From a virus, in IMG/VR virus record IMGVR_UViG_3300032893_000031, positions 1 to 64,000 of that record: DNA of 64,000 bases; one strand, written 5' to 3'. Under the pieces are notes generated by a model that saw only the letters and a program-made list of their open reading frames with translations, was not told where the DNA came from and made no database searches. Position 1 is the first letter of the stretch. The number at the start of each line of letters is the position of its first letter. This document shows positions 8,992 to 17,460 of this stretch, piece by piece. The position numbers were made by a program, and so were the translations under genes.

Positions 8992-9631
8992 ACGATGCCC
9001 CAAAGAGGTCGAGAAGATGGCCAAATCCATTCTCGAAGAATTCGACACCCACAAACCCGTGCTGGCCGCTGGCGTCACGATTGATTTCGTGTTCGCCCGC
9101 TGCGACCGGGATGAAAAGACGGACAAGCCGCTGAACGACGCGCTCACCAAGAACGGCGTCAAAGCCCTCGGCATCTGCCGCAAGATTCCCCTGAAAGACC
9201 GCGCCTTGGGTCGGGCTGATGCGGAGATCGCCCTGGATGGCGACTGGTGGGAGGGTGAAGCCAACGAGGACGAGCGCCGCGGGCTGCTCGATCACGAACT
9301 GCACCACATCGCCGTCAAGATCGACAAGCGTGGGCTAGTCCGAGACGACCTGGGTAGGCCCGTCCTGCAACTCCGCAAGCATGACGTGGAGGTTGGCTGG
9401 TTCAAGACCGTCGCCGCCCGTCACGGCAGAAGCAGCATGGAACGGATTCAGGCCGCGCGAATCATGTGCGACCACGGGCAGTATTTTTGGCCGGAAGTGG
9501 CTGGCGAGCTTCCGAGCGGCACCATCACCTTCGAGGGCGCCGGCAAAAAGGTGACGATGTCCGCGCAACGGTTCACAGAGATCGCCAAGGACATGAGCAA
9601 ACCCAAACCCGCCGAAGCGCCAGCCGCATGA
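8978..9631 (+). CDS. Putative phage metallopeptidase (HExxH)
   Basis: LLDHELHHIAVK zinc-binding motif in a phage-type context. An alternative start is ATG 9017 (MAKSILEEF). Confidence 0.55.
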   Translation: MPTFERCPKEVEKMAKSILEEFDTHKPVLAAGVTIDFVFARCDRDEKTDKPLNDALTKNGVKALGICRKIPLKDRALGRADAEIALDGDWWEGEANEDERRGLLDHELHHIAVKIDKRGLVRDDLGRPVLQLRKHDVEVGWFKTVAARHGRSSMERIQAARIMCDHGQYFWPEVAGELPSGTITFEGAGKKVTMSAQRFTEIAKDMSKPKPAEAPAA

Positions 9632-10107
9632 CCCCTTCCCTCTCCGCTTCCAATCCGATGAACCTGCGCCCGATCACCTTGGAAGAAGCCAATCAGTTCG
9701 TGCTGAATTTCCATCGGCACAACCGCCCGACAGTCGGCGGCAGGTTCGCAATCGGGTTGGAGGATTCAGGTGAATTGTGCGGGGTGGCGATTGTCGGCAG
9801 GCCAATTGCCCGGCAGATTGAGCACCATTACACGGCTGAGGTTTTGCGGACCTGCACCAACCCCAAAGCGCCAAAGGGCGCGGTGAGCAAACTTTATGCG
9901 GCTTGCTGGCGGGCCTGGCGTGCGATGGGCGGGACGCGGCTTCTCACCTATACGCTAACCACCGAGAGCGGGGCATCATTGCGCGGAGCTGGCTGGAAGC
10001 GCATCGGTGAAGTGCCAGCATCTAAACCCGGTCAGGGATGGCAGTCCAGGGACAGAGAATGGCAGCCAATCATGGGCCAGCAAAAACTGCGATGGGAGAT
10101 TGCATGA
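9628..10107 (+). CDS. GNAT-fold protein of the XF1762 / Mom-like type (possible DNA-modification enzyme)
   Basis: ATGA overlap upstream. LEEANQFVLNFHRHNRPTVGGRFAIGL...GVAIVGRPIAR...VLRTCT...SKLYAACWRAWRAMGGTRLLTYTLTTESGASLRGAGW matches my recollection of this family. Confidence 0.5.
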   Translation: MTPSLSASNPMNLRPITLEEANQFVLNFHRHNRPTVGGRFAIGLEDSGELCGVAIVGRPIARQIEHHYTAEVLRTCTNPKAPKGAVSKLYAACWRAWRAMGGTRLLTYTLTTESGASLRGAGWKRIGEVPASKPGQGWQSRDREWQPIMGQQKLRWEIA

Positions 10108-10508
10108 GAGCATACATGAAGGAACTGCTGAAACAGATCGAGGACGCCGAGGCCATGCACGGGCCGCCGTTCGACGCCGCCATGAAACGCATGTCCGGCG
10201 GCAAGCTCACCGCCGGGGCGAAGTGCGCATGGTGTTTCGAGGACGACATTGAGTTCTGGCGATCTGAGAAACAGGCGCCTCACCCCAAGGATTGGTTTTA
10301 CAGCGGGTTCATTGTCCCGCTTCCAGACCATGACGGGCGCGGAGTGCTGCAACCAGACAGGTGCATCGTCTGTGTGATGGATTATCCGATTGAGAAGGAA
10401 AACCCGAGCGTTGACTGGGTGGCGCTCCTCTCGTTGCTTACTTCACCCGGCCTGTATCGCCTTCACGTCATGGAAACGATCCAAATCGCCCCGCTGCGTC
10501 CTTTTTGA
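10104..10508 (+). CDS. Hypothetical protein
   Basis: 134-aa ORF starting MRAYMKELL, with an ATGA overlap upstream. Confidence 0.5.
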   Translation: MRAYMKELLKQIEDAEAMHGPPFDAAMKRMSGGKLTAGAKCAWCFEDDIEFWRSEKQAPHPKDWFYSGFIVPLPDHDGRGVLQPDRCIVCVMDYPIEKENPSVDWVALLSLLTSPGLYRLHVMETIQIAPLRPF

Positions 10509-10512
10509 AGTT

Positions 10513-10746
10513 ATGACCGCTAAACCCGTTCAACTCTGTTACCGCATGTTCGGCATGAAGATCGAGCAACTGAGAACCGTGCTTGGATGGACCCAAGCCG
10601 ATCTTGCCAAAAAGGTTTGTCTCACGCGCACGTCCATTGCCAACATCGAAGGCGGAAACCAGCGTATTCTCTTGCATGACGTTGAGAAATTCGCCGCCGC
10701 CTTCAACGTCAGCCCAAAGCAGTTGATGAAAGGCATTTGGACGTGA
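10513..10746 (+). CDS. XRE-family helix-turn-helix transcriptional regulator
   Basis: LRTVLGWTQADLAKKVCLTRTSIANIEGGNQRILLHDVEKFAAAFNVSPKQL is a classic HTH_3 pattern. Confidence 0.75.
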   Translation: MTAKPVQLCYRMFGMKIEQLRTVLGWTQADLAKKVCLTRTSIANIEGGNQRILLHDVEKFAAAFNVSPKQLMKGIWT

Positions 10747-10773
10747 CCCAACCCCGCAGCGACGATTGAGGGT

Positions 10774-10959
10774 ATGAGTGAACCGATCCAGACTTTCGAC
10801 GACTGCCGCTCGGAATGCTGCCAAGCGCCAATCCTCGGCCGCCCCCAACGCGTTTACGAACTGCGCCCGGGCGGGGTGTCGCATGATGAGACGCTGGCCG
10901 TGTGTTCGGCTTGCGGCCTGCGCGGGCCTGTTAAACACGAAACGAAGAGGGAGGAATGA
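10774..10959 (+). CDS. Small Cys-containing hypothetical protein
   Basis: 61-aa ORF with CRSECC...CSAC pairs. Confidence 0.4.
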   Translation: MSEPIQTFDDCRSECCQAPILGRPQRVYELRPGGVSHDETLAVCSACGLRGPVKHETKREE

Positions 10960-11183
10960 AATCGAAAGTAGGTTCTGAGCTTGTAAGCCGAGAGTGGCAC
11001 ATCGAGGCCCATGCGCACGATGATGACGAAGGGCACTGGTGGCACATCGGAGACAATTTCAAGAAGCGGGATGACGCTGTTTGGTTTATGATCCGCGTTC
11101 TTCGCGCAAAGACAGAAATGAAGCGCACAAAGTTCCGGCTCGTGCGAATGGACACCACCAAGACGGTTGAGGAATCGGAATGA
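10956..11183 (+). CDS. Small hypothetical protein
   Basis: 75-aa ORF with an ATGA overlap. Confidence 0.45.
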   Translation: MKSKVGSELVSREWHIEAHAHDDDEGHWWHIGDNFKKRDDAVWFMIRVLRAKTEMKRTKFRLVRMDTTKTVEESE

Positions 11184-11509
11184 GGACCAAAACCCCAAAC
11201 CTGTTCGACGTTCCAAAGGACCGCCCCACCGCAAAAGAGCGCATGGAAGCGTTCAAGGCCAAGCACGGCATTTGGACTTATCACAGCCCGCACATGAAGC
11301 GCAAGGAAATGCCCTGGGAAGCGTTGTGGCTGACCAAAGCGATTGAGGTTCTTGCCGGCTATGGAGTGAAGGCCACGGACCATCCGGTTGAAATCATCGC
11401 TGGCTATTCCCGACTGCTGGATGAAATGAATTTGCTGATCGAAGGCCAAACAGAGAGCACCGCCGTTGAGCGCCTTTGTGCGGTGAACAACATTCGATTT
11501 GATTTATGA
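11180..11509 (+). CDS. Hypothetical protein
   Basis: 109-aa ORF with an ATGA overlap. Confidence 0.5.
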   Translation: MRTKTPNLFDVPKDRPTAKERMEAFKAKHGIWTYHSPHMKRKEMPWEALWLTKAIEVLAGYGVKATDHPVEIIAGYSRLLDEMNLLIEGQTESTAVERLCAVNNIRFDL

Positions 11510-11742
11510 GCTGGGAAACCGAAAGCACACCACACGTTAAAGGAAAATTCATTCTGGAACTGACACCAAAGCAAAAGAGGTTGGTGGAGGAAAAGATTGG
11601 TGAGATTCTGGCTGGAGACGACCCGCGCCACTTCTGCGTTGCCTTCCAACCATTCCGATTCTCCGGGGAGTTGAAAGTCGCCGTGCTGGAAAACGAGTTC
11701 GGCAATCGCCTACAGGCCAGAATCAAAACGGGAGAGGTTTAA
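11506..11742 (+). CDS. Small hypothetical protein
   Basis: 78-aa ORF with an ATGA overlap. Confidence 0.45.
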   Translation: MSWETESTPHVKGKFILELTPKQKRLVEEKIGEILAGDDPRHFCVAFQPFRFSGELKVAVLENEFGNRLQARIKTGEV

Positions 11743-12140
11743 TGAGCGACGCCACGCTCCAAGAGCTTGAGAAGAAGCGCGACGACCTGACTGCCGCGAA
11801 ACAGCAGGTGCAACGCGAATTGGAGGCGCTGAACGCCACACTTGCTGTCCGCCAGCCCGAGATGAAATTCAAGCTGTTGGGCAGACAGCGACACACTTTG
11901 GTTGTTCGGCTGGGGAAGGTCGAACTGGAATTGGCCGAGGTTAAACGGGCCATCAAGGAACTACGCCCGCAATTTACTTTGGATGATCGCAGCTTTTTTG
12001 CCAAGGCCGTCCGCGATGTGCGCGACAAATATCAGGATGTGGCGGCGGGTGAATTTGACCACGGGCCGTCCGAGCGCACGCTGGCCGCGCAATTTGTCCG
12101 CGATCTGAATCCCATCGTGCAGAAGTTGGTTCATCCATGA
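11742..12140 (+). CDS. Coiled-coil hypothetical protein
   Basis: 132-aa ORF with a TAATG overlap and heptad-like E/K/L-rich sequence. Confidence 0.5.
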   Translation: MSDATLQELEKKRDDLTAAKQQVQRELEALNATLAVRQPEMKFKLLGRQRHTLVVRLGKVELELAEVKRAIKELRPQFTLDDRSFFAKAVRDVRDKYQDVAAGEFDHGPSERTLAAQFVRDLNPIVQKLVHP

Positions 12141-12613
12141 GCGGCCTACCCTCAACCGTTTCCGAGTCCACGCGACGGCGCAACCCGCATCTTTATCCAC
12201 CGCCAGTGAAGATGGCGCTGCCGGCCAATGCCACACCAAAGAAGCGCATCCAGCAATCGCCAAAGCCGCTAATGAACGATTTGGAAGCCGAGTTCTACGC
12301 CCGCATCAAGGACCAATATCCCAACTACCCGCCCGTCCGAGTTCAAGCCAAACGCTATCGGCTTGCCAATGGGTTGACCTACACGCCGGATTTTTCCGCC
12401 TCAATCTGGCCGTATGACCCGGCGATTGCGGCGCAGAAATATGGCGAGCAACCGTTCCCGCCAAGAGAAACCGTCTGGGAGGTCAAAGGCGACTGGGCGA
12501 CGGATGACGCGATTGCAAAAGTGAAGATGATGGCTGCGGCCTATCCCGAGATCGCTGTGTGGCTGGTCTGGAAAGTGAATGGGCTGTGGCAGGAACAGTT
12601 GGTGTTGCCATGA
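12137..12613 (+). CDS. DUF1064-like PD-(D/E)XK nuclease (putative Holliday-junction resolvase type)
   Basis: LEAEFYARIK...YRLANGLTYTPDFSA...VWEVKG shows the D...E-x-K arrangement typical of this phage family. Confidence 0.5.
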   Translation: MSGLPSTVSESTRRRNPHLYPPPVKMALPANATPKKRIQQSPKPLMNDLEAEFYARIKDQYPNYPPVRVQAKRYRLANGLTYTPDFSASIWPYDPAIAAQKYGEQPFPPRETVWEVKGDWATDDAIAKVKMMAAAYPEIAVWLVWKVNGLWQEQLVLP

Positions 12614-12972
12614 ACATCTCCTTTGCTCTCACAACGCCCCAATTCCGAAGCCGCACCAAAGACGTTACCCGCCGTCTCGGTTGGCGAAAGGTCAAGCTGG
12701 GGCAAATCCTTAACGGCATTGAGAAAGGCCAAGGCTTAAAGAAGGGCGAGCACCCCGTTCACCTCGGCCAGATACGGGTTAAATCGGCGCGGCGCGAGGC
12801 GTTGAATCTAATCAGTAAAAACCTGGATTATGGTTTCAGAGAAACTGAGCGAGAGGGGTTTTCAGACCCACATCCATGTCATTGCCCAAGCGCATTCGTG
12901 GAAATGTTCTGTAAGCACAACGGTTGCACACCCGAAACCGAAATCACACGAATTGAATTTGAATATCTATGA
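12610..12972 (+). CDS. ASCH-domain protein (YqfB-like)
   Basis: ISFALTTPQFRSRTKDVTRRLGW and the C-terminal ITRIEFEYL parallel the YqfB pattern (ITF...KTITIR...VIEFKCL). Confidence 0.55.
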   Translation: MNISFALTTPQFRSRTKDVTRRLGWRKVKLGQILNGIEKGQGLKKGEHPVHLGQIRVKSARREALNLISKNLDYGFRETEREGFSDPHPCHCPSAFVEMFCKHNGCTPETEITRIEFEYL

Positions 12973-14006
12973 CCATGAACGACAGACCAAAAATCAGCCC
13001 CAAGACCGAATCCGACCTCCAGTACGATGGGGCGCTCGAAGTGATTGACAAGCAGCGGCAGGAGTTGGAGCAAACCAAAGCCGCTCTCGAAGCGGCGAAT
13101 AGGGCGTGCGCGGAAAAGGATCATATTATAGACCACCTTGAATCCCTATTTGGGTATAGCGTTAATTTCCCAAAGTTCGACATAAACCACTCACGTTCTA
13201 AGGGCTGCGGCCTCGGCTACAAGTCGCCCGCCGAGTGGTCTGCGCTACAAGACAAAGTAGCGGCGTTGGAGCAGGCTAATGCGACGATGAGGGAAGCCCT
13301 GATACCCTTAGCTACCGTGTTCGACAAATCAGCATGCACCCCTCCACACAACGCAACCGTTAGCCTTTTAGTGCGGGTCAGTGAAATCCTTAAAGCGAAA
13401 GAAGCCCTCTCCACCCCCAACCCCGCCGCCTGGGTGCGGAAGGAGAAGCTAAACAGCAAGGCTCCGTCTGGGCAACACATGGTGAGTTGGGCCATTCTAT
13501 ACGAAGACCCCGATCACAAAGCTGAGCTTTTCACGGATGAAATTGCCGCCAGAAACGTTTTCGGTGAGCGCAAGCTATCATGGAGTTGTCACCTGTTTTG
13601 CTTGGCAGACCAACTCGCCGCCGCCAACGAAGATTACGAAGCCAGCCTCGCTTTAATCAGAAAACAGACGGAGCAGATCGCCGCTATCACAGCCGAGCGC
13701 GACCGAGCCGCCGATGAATGTGAACATTGGGTGCAAAAAGCGGCTAGGTTTACACAAGAGCGTGACGCGGCCAAGGCGAGGGCTGTGGAGGCAGAGGCGG
13801 CTCTTGCAACGTCTGGCGGACCTGGCTATCGGCCAAACAAGCAAGCCCTCGCCGAGTTGCTTTCAGAACCACTCGAATTTCTGGGCGAGTTAAAAGGCGC
13901 GTGGGACTGGAAGAAAGACGAGCCGCGAGCCGGGAACAAGGCTCAATACGATGCGCTGTGTAAGTGCATTGACCGCCTCCGGGCAGTCTTGGGGGTCAAG
14001 CCATGA
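12969..14006 (+). CDS. Coiled-coil hypothetical protein
   Basis: 345-aa ORF with an ATGA overlap and several long E/A/K/L-rich helical stretches. Confidence 0.55.
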   Translation: MTMNDRPKISPKTESDLQYDGALEVIDKQRQELEQTKAALEAANRACAEKDHIIDHLESLFGYSVNFPKFDINHSRSKGCGLGYKSPAEWSALQDKVAALEQANATMREALIPLATVFDKSACTPPHNATVSLLVRVSEILKAKEALSTPNPAAWVRKEKLNSKAPSGQHMVSWAILYEDPDHKAELFTDEIAARNVFGERKLSWSCHLFCLADQLAAANEDYEASLALIRKQTEQIAAITAERDRAADECEHWVQKAARFTQERDAAKARAVEAEAALATSGGPGYRPNKQALAELLSEPLEFLGELKGAWDWKKDEPRAGNKAQYDALCKCIDRLRAVLGVKP

Positions 14007-14236
14007 TTAAAACGTGCGAGCGATGCGGCGGGCTTTACGCCACCAAAAGTGGAGAGATGTTTGCTGGAACCCCATGCCAATGTGGGGTACCAAAAGGCGC
14101 TGAGTGTAAAGTATGCGGCGGAACTGGACGAGAGCCTCTTAAAGAGGACACCACGCCAAACCTGTGCATCCCGTATTATCCAGACTCCCCTTATTTGCAA
14201 ATGGTGGTTTCTGAGTCGAAAGGAGACAAGCCATGA
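14003..14236 (+). CDS. Small zinc-ribbon-like protein
   Basis: CERCGG...CQCG...CKVCGG pairs. Confidence 0.45.
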   Translation: MIKTCERCGGLYATKSGEMFAGTPCQCGVPKGAECKVCGGTGREPLKEDTTPNLCIPYYPDSPYLQMVVSESKGDKP

Positions 14237-14586
14237 CTCCGGAAGCACAACGAATAGCCATCGCGGAGTCGTGTGGGTGGAAATGTTGTGAGCCTAAGCC
14301 ACAAGCAAAGAATAGTCCATACGCCCGCTGGGTTAACAAAGCAGACGACATTCGTGAGTTTCGTAATGTGCCCAACTACGGCAATAGCTTGGACGCGTTG
14401 AGAGAAGCGGTCAGGAAATTGACCGGAGATCAGCGAAGTGAGTTCTGTGAACAGTTAGTGGATGTCTTGAAGCGCGACTCAATGACAGCGGCTTACATTG
14501 ACGACTTCGATATGTTAACCGCCACCGCCGAACAACAGGCCGAAGCCTTGCTTCGCACATTGGGACTTTGGGAGGACGGGCGATGA
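14233..14586 (+). CDS. Hypothetical protein
   Basis: 117-aa ORF with an ATGA overlap. Confidence 0.5.
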   Translation: MTPEAQRIAIAESCGWKCCEPKPQAKNSPYARWVNKADDIREFRNVPNYGNSLDALREAVRKLTGDQRSEFCEQLVDVLKRDSMTAAYIDDFDMLTATAEQQAEALLRTLGLWEDGR

Positions 14587-14777
14587 AATCGAATGTGCGT
14601 GCGCAATGGCACGGTAGTCAAAGGTGGTTTACTTGTGAGAGGCACGGTTGGGACTGCATGGGTTCTCCGTGCCCAAAGTGTAAGGGCGGAGACGCTCCGA
14701 GATACTGCATGAAACACGGCTGGTCTCACGCAACCAAGGGTTGCCCAATATGCGCTGGAAAAAAGGACTGGCGATGA
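14583..14777 (+). CDS. Small Cys/His-rich hypothetical protein
   Basis: Starts MKSNVRAQ with an ATGA overlap. Contains CPKCKGG...CPICAG. Confidence 0.4.
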   Translation: MKSNVRAQWHGSQRWFTCERHGWDCMGSPCPKCKGGDAPRYCMKHGWSHATKGCPICAGKKDWR

Positions 14778-14941
14778 AGGCCAAGGTGCATAAGCGCGAC
14801 ACCGCGCGCCTTCTCTTTCCTTTGACGAAGTGCGAGACTGCACGCGGGAAAGCATACCTTTTGGACCCATCCATGTCTGGCCGCTGGTCCCGTGTCACCT
14901 GCAAGGACTGCTTGAGGCACAGGCCGAGGGGGAAGAAATGA
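14774..14941 (+). CDS. Small basic hypothetical protein
   Basis: Starts MKAKVHKRD, with ATGA overlaps on both sides. Confidence 0.4.
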   Translation: MKAKVHKRDTARLLFPLTKCETARGKAYLLDPSMSGRWSRVTCKDCLRHRPRGKK

Positions 14942-15204
14942 CGGACAACACACCACAACTTTTGCAAGCGGTTGAATCCCTGTGCCGAGCCCTGCGACGA
15001 AACCACGATTGGAACCTCGTCAAAGATTCCTCCGGGGACTATCGAAAATCCGATCTGTGCAAAGTAACCGCCAACGCTCTAAAACACGCCCTGCAAGCCG
15101 TGCCGTCCTTGCGCGGCAATTACTCCTGGGATTCGCCCGCGTCGTCGGGGGCTAAACCTGATACGGAAATACCGTTGCGTTGTAAGCCAGCGAGTTCGGC
15201 GTGA
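14938..15204 (+). CDS. Small hypothetical protein (last gene of the + strand early block)
   Basis: Starts MTDNTPQLL. Converges on, and overlaps, the 3' end of the minus-strand gene 15152-15811. Confidence 0.4.
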   Translation: MTDNTPQLLQAVESLCRALRRNHDWNLVKDSSGDYRKSDLCKVTANALKHALQAVPSLRGNYSWDSPASSGAKPDTEIPLRCKPASSA

Positions 15205-15811
15205 CGATGCGGGCAGGGGTTAACCCATCCATCGGCCCAACCACGTCCACCAGCCCACGGTCGAGAATCTTCTTCCCCTGCGGGTGAAGCGAGAGCGCAC
15301 CCACCACCGAACACACCGGGGCGAGGTCATTCCAATCCGCGAGTTTCGACACCGCCCGGTTGGGCAGGTCCGCCAGCCACTTGCCTTTAGTCTCAGTCGC
15401 CAGCCAGTTGAAGAATCCATTGACGGCGCGGCCCGCGAGTGAGCCGGCCAGGGCATCGGTGAGGATCAAGCCCTCGCCATAAGGCAGGCCAATCAGTTTT
15501 CGGGCGTTGTCGGCCACCATCTGCCCCCGGCGCGGTGTCCAGTCCACGAACCGAAGCGCGAACACCTGCCGCGAATCGCACAGATAATCCGTCAGGCAGG
15601 ATTCCACGACACCCTTCATCACGGCCTCAACGAGGGTGTCTTTGCCCGTGCAGACGCCGATGTGCGTGAACTCCAACGGCTCTCCGTTGCGCGAAAGCCA
15701 GCCGATGGCCTCGGAGACGAAGCTCGCATCCTCAGCGAAAGCCAGGATGTAGCCCGGCCCGTAGTTCCCAAGCCACGTTGGCCCGAGGGATTGCAGGGAG
15801 TGGAATTTCAT
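15152..15811 (-). CDS. Putative cell-wall hydrolase / endolysin, permuted papain-like (NlpC/P60-related) fold
   Basis: A His-containing FTHIGVCTGKDTLVEAVMKGV segment precedes a later Cys (APVCSVVGAL), as in permuted YaeF/YiiX-type enzymes. Last gene of the late block, next to envelope proteins. Confidence 0.4.
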   Translation of the reverse strand: MKFHSLQSLGPTWLGNYGPGYILAFAEDASFVSEAIGWLSRNGEPLEFTHIGVCTGKDTLVEAVMKGVVESCLTDYLCDSRQVFALRFVDWTPRRGQMVADNARKLIGLPYGEGLILTDALAGSLAGRAVNGFFNWLATETKGKWLADLPNRAVSKLADWNDLAPVCSVVGALSLHPQGKKILDRGLVDVVGPMDGLTPARIVTPNSLAYNATVFPYQV

Positions 15812-15834
15812 CTACTAATCTGCTACTAATTGAC

Positions 15835-15876
15835 AATAGAAGGCGGCGCACCGGCAGGGGGGGAAGATGCGCCGCC
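15835..15876 (-). terminator. Hairpin terminator candidate downstream of the OMP gene
   Basis: GGCGGCGC (15842-15849) pairs with GCGCCGCC (15869-15876). On the minus strand it is followed by TTCTATTGT. A tandem CTACTAAT x2 lies at 15812-15830, immediately upstream of the 15811 start. Confidence 0.45.
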
Positions 15877-15896
15877 CCGAGCGTGTTGGTAGCCGC

Positions 15897-16493
15897 TCAG
15901 AACGTCACCCCACCCTCAGCCGAGAGCACCTGAGCCGAGGAGGGAAACCTTGCCGCCAACCCGACGCCGGCAAAGAAGTTGTGGCCGAGGGCCTTGAACA
16001 CACGCACGCCAGCCTCACCAAAGAATCGGTCGCTCTTGGACGCGCTGCCCGCAAAGGCATACCCGCCGTGCAGGAATGCCGTCGCCCGAACGTCATGGAG
16101 GATGATGGAGAACCCCGCGCCGCCCTGCTCGCTCACCAGCAGACCCGCCACGCCGGAATTGCGCGTGATGGATTCCAGGCTGATGGCCGTGCTGGTCGCG
16201 CTGCCCGCCGCGGGCGTTGGCCGCCAGAGGTCGTAGCTCAAACCAATGTCGTTCACCAGCGGGTTGACGCCACCTTGGATTGAGGACGCCCCGGTCCAGA
16301 CGGTGAAGTCTTTGGCCCCGAAGCAATCGTCGAGGTTGGTGTTGAAGCTGGTGAAGTAGCCAAGAACGTCACCGATGACGCCCCCGGACGAGACAGGAAC
16401 AGCGTTGGTGCCGAACAGTTGGGCCTTCGCTGGCAGAGCGCACAGTGCGGCTAAGGATACGATTACGAACAGTTTTTTCATTCTTCCTTTCAT
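15897..16493 (-). CDS. Outer-membrane beta-barrel protein (Lom/Ail-size) with a Sec signal peptide
   Basis: MKKLFVIVSLAALCALPAKAQ signal peptide. Alternating hydrophobic/G-rich strands. C-terminal aromatic residue (...GGVTF), typical of OMPs. Confidence 0.65.
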   Translation of the reverse strand: MKGRMKKLFVIVSLAALCALPAKAQLFGTNAVPVSSGGVIGDVLGYFTSFNTNLDDCFGAKDFTVWTGASSIQGGVNPLVNDIGLSYDLWRPTPAAGSATSTAISLESITRNSGVAGLLVSEQGGAGFSIILHDVRATAFLHGGYAFAGSASKSDRFFGEAGVRVFKALGHNFFAGVGLAARFPSSAQVLSAEGGVTF

Positions 16494-16678
16494 TGGTTGT
16501 TGTTTGTGATCGGTGACGAGTATTCGTGATAGGGCTGGAATTGTCCAGACGAATCGTATTCGTGGGTGTCAACGCCCGGCCAGTGAACACACCCGCTAAA
16601 AAGCAGCGCGAGCAGGACAGCGCCGAAGATGATGGCCAACCCGGCGATGATGCAGATGACTTCTTTGCGGGTGATCAT
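16490..16678 (-). CDS. Small lipoprotein (lipobox LFSGC)
   Basis: MITRKEVICIIAGLAIIFGAVLLALLFSGC, followed by about 30 residues. ATGA overlaps on both sides. Confidence 0.6.
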   Translation of the reverse strand: MITRKEVICIIAGLAIIFGAVLLALLFSGCVHWPGVDTHEYDSSGQFQPYHEYSSPITNNNQ

Positions 16679-17007
16679 GCTTGTTTCCATTCCCCTTTGG
16701 TCAGGTAGCCGTGCCACTTGCAGCCGCTCGTCCTGAGCACGCTCGGCGTCAGCGTCGGGGCCTCTTTGTTTCCGTCCCAATGCCATATACTGCTACTGAA
16801 CCCACGCCGAACCGGCAACGATCCCACGCTTCCACAGCCACACGGGCAGACGAACTGAATGCTGGCGATCTGGCCGTCGGTGCCCTCGGCGAAGTCGAAC
16901 GAACCGGGCGCGAGGTCCTTGCGAAAAACCTCCTCGCCGCCAGTCCAGTCTGAGCCGTCGGCGTTCTTGCCGCCTGCGAGGATGCCTTGGACAAGAGTCG
17001 CCTTCAT
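16675..17007 (-). CDS. Cys-rich conserved hypothetical protein (CPCGCG zinc-ribbon-like)
   Basis: Starts MKATLVQGIL. Contains FVCPCGCG...WHWDGNKEAPTLTPSV...CKWHGYLTKGEW. Confidence 0.5.
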   Translation of the reverse strand: MKATLVQGILAGGKNADGSDWTGGEEVFRKDLAPGSFDFAEGTDGQIASIQFVCPCGCGSVGSLPVRRGFSSSIWHWDGNKEAPTLTPSVLRTSGCKWHGYLTKGEWKQA

Positions 17008-17165
17008 CAATCCCTCCACTCCAATCGGCCATTGCGTTTTCGTATCAACCGCAGCGAATATTTAATTGAGGGGCTAGTCTTTTTCTTCGGAACGCGGAGA
17101 TCGGCGGTCTGCGGAGCGAGAACATCCTTAAGCGTCATATCGAGAAGTTCCTTTTGGCTGTGCAT
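17007..17165 (-). CDS. Possible 52-aa basic ORF (below the ORF-track cutoff)
   Basis: Own translation: MHSQKELLDMTLKDVLAPQTADLRVPKKKTSPSIKYSLRLIRKRNGRLEWRD. It fills the gap exactly, with a TGATG junction downstream. Confidence 0.3.
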   Translation of the reverse strand: MHSQKELLDMTLKDVLAPQTADLRVPKKKTSPSIKYSLRLIRKRNGRLEWRD

Positions 17166-17166
17166 A

Positions 17167-17460
17167 TCACAGCTTTGACGCTGGCTCCGGCGCGGGCGCA
17201 GGCTGTTTCGTGAGCAGGGCCGTGCCTTCGTCCTTGGTCATGCCCTCCTTGCGGCTGAGCGATTGCAGGGCGTCACCCGCTGAGATGCCCATGTAGAGCA
17301 AGGCTAAGCTTTCGAGCGCATCAGCAGTTAGGTCAATCTGCGGGCCGTAGTGCGCCGGCGCCCATGCCTTGGCGACGTGCTTGCCGCATTTGATGACGCC
17401 GAACACCAGCGCGGAGCCCGACGTGTGTTTATTTTGGAGGGCGAATTGAAGGAGGTTCAT
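17167..17460 (-). CDS. Hypothetical protein (lysis-cassette neighbourhood)
   Basis: Starts MNLLQFALQNK, with an ATGA overlap to the upstream gene. Confidence 0.45.
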   Translation of the reverse strand: MNLLQFALQNKHTSGSALVFGVIKCGKHVAKAWAPAHYGPQIDLTADALESLALLYMGISAGDALQSLSRKEGMTKDEGTALLTKQPAPAPEPASKL

